This document shows, one piece after another, positions 56,191 to 64,000 of a stretch of 64,000 nt of DNA. The stretch comes from Eledone cirrhosa (Eukaryota), in assembly GCA_964016885.1 (NCBI GenBank), contig CAXHJY010000928.1, forward strand, positions 310,001 to 374,000. The letters are read 5' to 3'. Each line of letters opens with the position of its first letter. Position 1 is the stretch's first letter. Below the pieces are notes generated by a model that saw only the letters and a list, made by a program, of their open reading frames with translations, ran no database searches and was not told the DNA's origin. Made by a program: the position numbers and the translations under genes.

Positions 56191-58016
56191 CCATGTATGT
56201 ATATATCTATAGATTATCATATATACATAAGGACTCCCAAACCATGAGTGTGAAACCTACCAACATAATCACACATAGTATGGCCACAAAGCCTAACCAA
56301 CTTAGAGGCAAGAATAATAGTAAGAACCCTAATGGCGGTAACCACATAAAGACAATACTAGAGTCCCTCACCACAACTCTAAAACAGTAAAGGATCACGC
56401 CATGAATATAAACCATCCGGGCTTAAGCAAAACAGACAACGCCACTAACGTTAATAACGGAACCCTACAAAATAGCACACACAGTAGCAAGACTCACCCC
56501 ACAGATAAGAAAAATAGAAGGAAAAACCTGTATTTTAACCCACCTTTTAACTCTGAGGTCCTCACTAACCTCCCCAGAGTATTCTTCTCATTATTGGAAA
56601 GAAACTTCCCACCAGGCAATAGATATCGCAACATAATTAACAAAAACGTAATTAAATTATCCTATTCGACCACACCTAACCTCGCATCACACCTAACACG
56701 CACGAACATTAGGAAAACTAGGGAAGGTTTCGAAGCAATTAAAATGGCAGTTAACCACCAGCAACCGACTACACTGGAAAATGGGCAACATAATAGCATC
56801 AATGAGCCATCTAATGATATAGAGGCACCTAGTGATAATGCTAGTAACCAAACTTCGGGAGGTACGCTAACTAATCGAACCCGCAGTTGCAATTGTAGGC
56901 GGAGTAGTAATTGTCCCCTAAGGGGGGATTGCCTCATGAAAAACATTGTATATGCATGCGACGTAACCACACACAACTCTACCAAAACATATATAGGAGC
57001 AACGTCCAATACATTTAAAACTAGATTTAACGCGCATATGTACACATTTAGACACGATAGACATAAGAATACCACCTCACTGGCGGTATACATCTCCTTT
57101 TTAAAAAATAATAGTACCCCATACAAACGTTTTTGGAGGAAGCTTACTAGATCCACGCCATACCGACCACAGAGCGGAAGTTGTGACCTGTGTTTACTGG
57201 AATGCCATGCCATAATACACTCTAAACTGAATCTGCTTAACAGGAAATCGGAAATTTTCTCCTCTTGCCAACACAAAATCCTGAGTTCCTTCTATTTTAA
57301 ACCTAGCACATAGACGTAACATATATCACGCAACCCCCACCTAGACTATAGCTCCCCCCCTTCCCCCAACCCGTAACCCAGATAGATAGGTACCCTAAGG
57401 GTGGTACAGTCCCCTACAAGGTTGGTGTTTTTGCGTGTGTGTGTATGTGTGTGTGTGTGTATTCTCCTTTTCTCTCTCTCACACACACACACACACACAG
57501 ACATATGTATGTGTGTGTGCATGCATTGTATGCATGTATATTGTATATATATATATATATGTATATTGTATGCATGCGTATTATATTGTGTGTATGTGTA
57601 TATGTGACATATATGTGAATATATGTATGTATGTGTGTGTATGTGTATGTGTGAGTGTATGATGTGTGTATATATGTGTATATGTATGTATACTTTTCTG
57701 TAGAAATCCTCTCTATATGTGGTGTGTGGCACGAATTCCTCCTATAATACTCTTCTTTGAGAGGAGCACAATATGCAGAGTAACACATATGTATTGTCGA
57801 AGTTGAAACTGAGGACCACCACCCCTCCTGCTGACCCAAATGTTTACTGAGGACCAGAACACCATTCTCCGCAATATAAGAGAGAAATGCGCTTGCCGGA
57901 CTATTGATGACCATAACATCACATTCCAAGGTAATGGCAAAACACAGTGAATGCTAAACACGACCAGAACACCATAACATGCACATCGGAGCAACAGAGA
58001 TATAATATCAATAAGC

Positions 58017-58341
58017 GAATCAACTGAATTTTTTGAGTTGAAATACATATGGATATGTGTCTGTGTGTATCGGACACACGTACACATAAAGAAGCTGGTG
58101 ACCTAAATGTACCTGTCATGCCTGTCTGAATTCCTAAGGGAATTTTCGTCCAGTTGCTGTCTTGACCGATTGTAGTACCAGTGGGTGAATCAATTGAGTT
58201 TTTTGAGTTGAAATACATATACATGTGTGTCTGTGTGTGTTGGACACACGTACACATAAAGAAGCTGCTGACCTAAATGTGCCTGTCATGCCTGTCTGAA
58301 TTCCTAAGAGAATTTTCGGTCAGTTGCTGACTTGACCAATT
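58017..58341 (+). repeat. 170-bp-period tandem duplication
   Basis: gaatcaa..ttgagttgaaatacatat..ttgacc occurs twice. Confidence 0.9.
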
Positions 58342-59547
58342 AACCCCACAATTACTACGTAGCGGTTCTTGCACGTGACTGCTGGACCCGGATGAAACGA
58401 AGACGAAGAATTTCCTTGTGTACCGTTTTGTACCACAGATGCGATCTCACCCTGCCTCGTTAATGTTCAATCAACACCAAAGTTATACTTTCTGGGCAAT
58501 AGAATTGAATCCAACCACCAACAACATAGCTGGATGACCGATAATCACACCAAACCGGAGTACTGTGATCCTTGTGATTTCGAGATATACAACCACTGAC
58601 ACTGTTACAAAGACCAGAAAACCATACTCCATAATATTGAACCAAGTGATTGATTTGTGCGACCAAAATAACACCACACACATATTGAACTAGGAATATT
58701 GGATCCTCCATCAATGTCTGGGTGAGCAAAAATAGATTTCTATCTGCATTGGAATTTACGAACTTGTGCATCTGCTGTGGTGTCAAAAACAAACACGCAT
58801 GACCGCACAGATAAACAATGGACTATGCCACGTGGCTTGAACCTGTAAGTGAATTGAAGGTTCTGTAACTCTGATACACAGATTATTTATTATTAAGATG
58901 TATAAACTTGACATAACTATTATCATCTTATATTCTCTCAACTAATCACATTTGATCATATTTCTCTATCCCATTTTCTCCCCCCATAATTATAATATTT
59001 TTATTTTTATTTGAAAAAATCGGTTTTTTTACATTGTGTTTTCCCCTCCAAATATTCGCTTATATTTCTTTATATATTCTCTATATATTTCTTTACATAT
59101 ATTTTTTTATCTTTATTATTTCCACTTTTATCCTCCTTTATATTTTACCTTATTCTTACTTTTATACCTTATTATAGTGTAATCTTCCCCATGCCTTATT
59201 ATACATTATTAATTATTGATTATTATTATTACTCTTTTTCCATTTCTAATTACCTCATGTACCTTCTCCTCCGTTATATATACATATATATTGTATGCCC
59301 TTTGTGTTTGTGTAGCCTCTGCACACCCTCTGCACCATACTATCGATGCCACCCCATCTATGGTTCAGCTAACCACTCGACTCCCGGGAATGAATATGAT
59401 CGCAGCTACTAAATAAGGACCCACACCCCACCCTCCCGCACCAAAATTAGACTTATCGTCCCCTACTTTTGCTCTTTACTCTCTTTACTCTTTGTTCTTG
59501 AATGTTTGGTTAGTAGAGTCCATAACACCAATCAAACCCCTTTTATA

Positions 59548-59592
59548 GCTCTGACGAATCCTACGGTTACGTAAGGAAGAAACATTGTAAGC
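59548..59592 (+). ncRNA. Hammerhead ribozyme motif
   Basis: GCU-CUGACGA-AUCCUACG-GUUA-CGUAAGGAA-GAAAC-AUU-GUA-AGC then AATAAA. Confidence 0.78.
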
Positions 59593-59634
59593 CAATAAAA
59601 ATCTTTTGATGTTGTAGACGCTCTTGTGTTCTTT

Positions 59635-59667
<33 letters not shown>

Positions 59668-59675
<8 letters not shown>

Positions 59676-60090
59676 AGATCAAAAGATGGTTAAAGGAGTT
59701 CCATGTATTTTATTATGCGCATTTCAAAAACAAAACATCATCATGCAATAATATTTGTGTTTTCATCAGATAAAACAGGAGAACATGATATGAAGGCTAA
59801 AAAACACTTGTGGATAGTGCAGTTTTAAATCAACATATATGTTGATTTAAAACTGCACTATCCACAAGTGTTTTTTAGCCTTCATATCATGTTCTCCTGT
59901 TTTATCTGATGAAAACACAAATATTATTGCATGATGATGTTTTGTTTTTGAAATGCGCATAATAAAATACATGGAACTCCTTTAACCATCTTTTGATCTT
60001 ATATTATGTATACTCCAGTCCTACAAACTGTAGAGTGCTTCTTATCCGATATCTGCATTGCTTTATTGTACTACAATAAAACTCACCTCC
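59668..60090. repeat. 340-bp spacerless palindrome (59668-60007, centre 59837/59838) plus unpaired tail
   Basis: Arms read as exact reverse complements; (TA)n on both sides. Confidence 0.95.
59898..59970 (+). ncRNA. Hammerhead motif (mirror copy on minus strand ~59705-59777)
   Basis: GUUUUAU-CUGAUGA-AAACA..UGUUUUU-GAAA-UGCGC-AUA-AUAAAAU; palindromic AUGCGCAU stem III. Confidence 0.8.
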
Positions 60091-60155
<65 letters not shown>

Positions 60156-60216
60156 GTATATGTATGTATATATGTATATATAGATGTATGTATGTATATA
60201 TATATATATGTATATA

Positions 60217-61774
60217 TCATCATCATCATCATTACCGTTTTACGTCCATTCTTCCACGCTAGCATGGGTTCGACGGGTTGTCCTGTTGTGGGCAGTGTCT
60301 GGTCGGCTGACCATGCCTTGCTCATACAGGAACTGATCTGGCTTGATTTCTACAGCTGGATACCCTTCCTAACACGAACCTCATTTACAGTGAGTGCTGG
60401 GTGCTTTTTCGTGGCGCCTACACGTCTACTTTACAGTGAGGGCTGGGTGCTTTTTTGCCGTGGCACCTCCATGACCACCTTGCGGTGTGGGGGCATATTG
60501 TCTATATGCTTCAGCTTATACCCATGGGAGGTCGGGTACTCTGTATTAGTGCGTGACGCCAGAGGTCACGGTCGTGTGTCATCGCCTTTGAGAGTTGTAA
60601 TTGGCTAAGGTCGGCTTTTATCACCTCATCCCAAGTCATCTTGGGTCTCCCCACTCTGCGGTTTCTATCGACTTCTAGTGCTCTGCACCTTTTTATGCAG
60701 CTGTCATCCTTCATACGCATCACATGTCCATACCAGCGCAACCACCTCTCCTGCACACAGCATTTGATTCCTCTTATGCTCAGTCTCTCTCTCAATTCAT
60801 TTATGCTTTGTCGTTCATGTATATTACTGTTACACATCCATCGGAGCATGCAGGCTTCGTTTCTCTCTAATCTACGTAAGTCTTCCACCTTCAGCGCCCA
60901 GGTTTCACTACCATGCAACATCGCTGTTCAGATACACGCATCATACAGTCTGTCTTTCATTTTGAGGGAGAAGCCTTTTGCAACTAGCAGTGGTAGTAGT
61001 TCCCTAAACTTCTTCCATCCCGTTCTTACCCTAGTTATTGTACTTTCTGAACACCCACCTCCGCTGCTAATTCGGTCACCTAGGTAGCAGAAGCTGTCTA
61101 CTGTTTCTACAGAGCCCTCCGAGAGATTGGTGGTACTTGTTTCCTGTGGCTGTTTGCTGCTTGCTGTTTCAGCACAGCTGCTGCATGTGAAGCCTACATT
61201 CTTAATTAAGCTTCCTCAGATCCCGCTACATCTCTTGTGTACCCATTGTTTGCATTTGGGGCAGAGAATGGGGTTCCTACCTACACCTTTCCTACATACT
61301 GAGCAAGGCCATTTCCCTGGGGGGATCTGGGTTCTGTTTTCTCGTCTACTTACAAGGACCTTAGTCTTTGTCATGTTGACTTTGAGACCCTTTCTTTCTA
61401 GTCCCTGCTTCTAAGTTTGGAATTTCTTGTCTAGTTCTACCATAGATTCAGCTATAAGTGCGAGGTCATGAGCATACAGGAGTTCCCATGGGTATCCGGT
61501 CTTAAACTCCTCCGTTATTGCCTGCAGGACTATGATGAACAGGAGAGGGCTAAGAACAGAGCCCTGGTGGACCCCAACCTGTACGCTAAATTCCTCGCTA
61601 TACTCATTGCTAATCCTAACTTTGCTGACTGCTCCCCTATACATGGCTTGTACCGCTTTCACAAGCCATTCATCTACTCCTAGTTTTCTAAGAGCCCACC
61701 AGATTACAGTACGTGGAACTCTGTCAAAGGCTTTCTCAAGGTCGACAAATGCCAGGTAGAGTGGCTTACTTTTG
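60217..61774 (-). mobile_element. RTE family C, 5'-truncated
   Basis: [26 protein letters not shown]; stops present. Confidence 0.93.
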
Positions 61775-61781
61775 AGTCAGC

Positions 61782-62000
61782 GAGTGCTGGGTGCTTTTTT
61801 TGAAGTGGCACCTCCACGACCACTTTGCAGTGGAATGATAGGGACCCCAGCCTCTATCATCTCATTTCTACAGCTGAGTAAACTGGAGCAATGTGAAATA
61901 AAGTGTCTTGCTCAAGGAAACAACACATCACCCGGTCTGAGAATTGAACTCACAACCTTTCGATTGTAAGGCTAATGCTCTAACCACTAAGCCATGTGCC
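61782..62000 (-). mobile_element. tRNA-derived SINE lacking its tail, abutting the RTE-C 5' break
   Basis: Match to the 14225 head and body. Confidence 0.85.
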
Positions 62001-62043
62001 ATATATATATATGTATGTATATATATATATATATATATATATG

Positions 62044-63872
62044 TCATCATCATCACCGTTTTACGTCCGTTCTTCCACGCTAGCATGGTTAGATGGGTTG
62101 TCCTGTTGTGGACAGTGTCTGGTCGGCTGACCATGCCTTGCTCATACAGGAACTGATTTTGGCTTGATTTCTACAGCTGGATGCCCTTCCTAACACCAAC
62201 CTCATTTACAGTGAGTGATGGGTGTTTTTTCCGTGGCGCCTACACATCTACTTTACAGTGTGCGCTGGGTGCTTTTTTTGCTGTGGTACCTCCACGACCA
62301 CTTTGCAGTGGGAGGGTGTGGGGGCATATTGTCTATATGCTTCAGCTTGTACCCATGGAAGGTCGGGTACTCTGTATTACTGCGTGACGCCAGAGGTCAC
62401 GGTCGTGTGTCATTACCTTTGAGAGGTGTAATTGGGTAAGGTCGGCTTTTATCACCTCATCCCAGGTTTTCTTGGGTCTCCCCACTCCACGGTATCCATT
62501 GACTTCTTGTGCTCTGCACCTTTTTATGCAGCTGTCATCCTTCATACGCATCACATGTCCATGCCAACGCAACCGCCTCTCCTGCACACAGCATTTGATT
62601 CCTCTTATGCTCAGTCTCTCTTTTAATTCATTTATTCTTTCGCATATATTACTATTACACATCGATCGGAGCATGCAGGCTTCGTTTCTTTCTAATCTAC
62701 GTAAGTCTTCCACCTTCAGCGCCCAGGTCTCCCTACCATGTAACATTGCTGTTCGTATACACGCATCATACAGTCTGCCTTTCATTTTGAGGGAGAAGCC
62801 TTTTGCAGCTAGCAGTGGCAGTAGTTCCCTGAACTTCTTCCATCCCGTTCTTACGCTAGTTATTGTACTTTCTGAACACCCACCTCCGCTCCTAATTCGG
62901 TCACCTAGGTAGCAGAAGCTGTCTACTGTCTCTACAGAGCCCTCCCAGAGATTGGTGGTACTTGTTTCCTGTGGCTGTTTGCTGCTTGCTGTCCCAGCAC
63001 AGCTGCTACATGTGAAGCCTACATTCTTAATTAAGCTTCCTCAGATCCCACTACATCTCTTGTGTACCCATTGTTTGCATTTGGGGCAGAGAATGGAGTT
63101 CGTACCTACACCTTTCTTACATACTGAGCAAGGCCATTTCCCTGAGGGGATCTGGGTTCTGTTTTCTCGTCTACTTACAAGGACCTTAGTCTTTGTCATG
63201 TTGACTTTGAGACCCTTTCTTTCTAGTCCCTGCTTCCAAGTTTGGATTTCTTCTCTAGTTCTACCATAGATTCAGCTATAAGTGCGAGGTCATCTGCATA
63301 CAGGAGTTCACATGGGCATCCTGTCTTAAACACCTCCGTTATTGCCTGCAGGACTATGATGAATAGGAGAGGGCTAAGAACAGAGCCCTGGTGGACCCCA
63401 ACCTGTACGCTAAATTCCTCGCTATACTCATTGCTAATCCTAACTTTGCTGACTGCTCCCCTATACATGGCTTGTACCGCTTTCACACGCCATTCATCTA
63501 CTCCTAGTTTTCTAAGAGCCCAGCAGATTACACCACGTGGAACTCTGTCAAAGGCTTTCTCGAGATCGACGAATGCCAGGTAGAGTGGCTAACTTTTAGC
63601 TAGGTACTTTTCCTGTAACTGCCTCACAAGGAAGAGGGCATCAGTGGTGCCTCTTCCTGGTATAAACCCAAATTGCATCTCATCTAGTTTCACTCGATCC
63701 CTAATCAACTGTGCTATAACTCTTTCTGTTACTTTCATGACCTGGTCCATCAGCTTTATACCTCTATAGTTTCCTCTATCTAGTACATCACCTTTACCTT
63801 TGTAGCAGTTGACAATGATGCTACTGCACCAATCTTTTGGTATGACACCTTCTAGTATTACCTGGTTAACAC
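62044..63872 (-). mobile_element. RTE family C, 5'-truncated
   Basis: NYRGIKL, QFGF, YADD, RRLRWHGH; frameshifts. Confidence 0.93.
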
Positions 63873-64000
63873 ACATTAACCACACATATTAGAAGCATCT
63901 GTATGTATATATATGTTACTAGATATTAATTCTTTATAATTATCTCCAAATTATTTGTCGAGCAATATTGGCCAAGACTGCTGCTATGGTAGCAGGCAGG

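Larger units (their letters stand above)
56215..59637 (+). mobile_element. 5'-truncated PLE (linker + GIY-YIG ORF 56402-57313, long 3' region, pLTR hammerhead)
   Basis: YFNPPF, CNCRRSSNCPL, IVY..YIGAT..FKTRFNAH, CDLC, LLNRKSE; assignment of the 3' region is inferred from the terminal hammerhead. Confidence 0.85.

Overview
AT-rich, repeat-saturated animal DNA; the RTE/SINE/Penelope/(TA)n mix suggests a cephalopod (inference). The only host-gene signal is two coding exons of a STIM (ER Ca2+ sensor) gene on + (21439-21550, 40565-40674; SAM domain), about 19 kb apart, so most of the window is probably STIM intron. The rest is (TA)n/(CA)n microsatellite carrying RTE LINEs (three related families have a PHD-like finger inside ORF2), tRNA-derived SINEs sharing an RTE tail, four Penelope-like elements (one with an uninterrupted 904-codon RT+GIY-YIG ORF), a mariner, a Helitron-like element and an R4/Dong-like fragment. 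The most striking unexplained layer is about 15 minimal type-I hammerhead ribozyme motifs from several sequence families. Many sit in short non-coding fold-back elements inserted in (TA)n, some with the ribozyme on both strands. All calls and folds were made by eye and boundaries are approximate.
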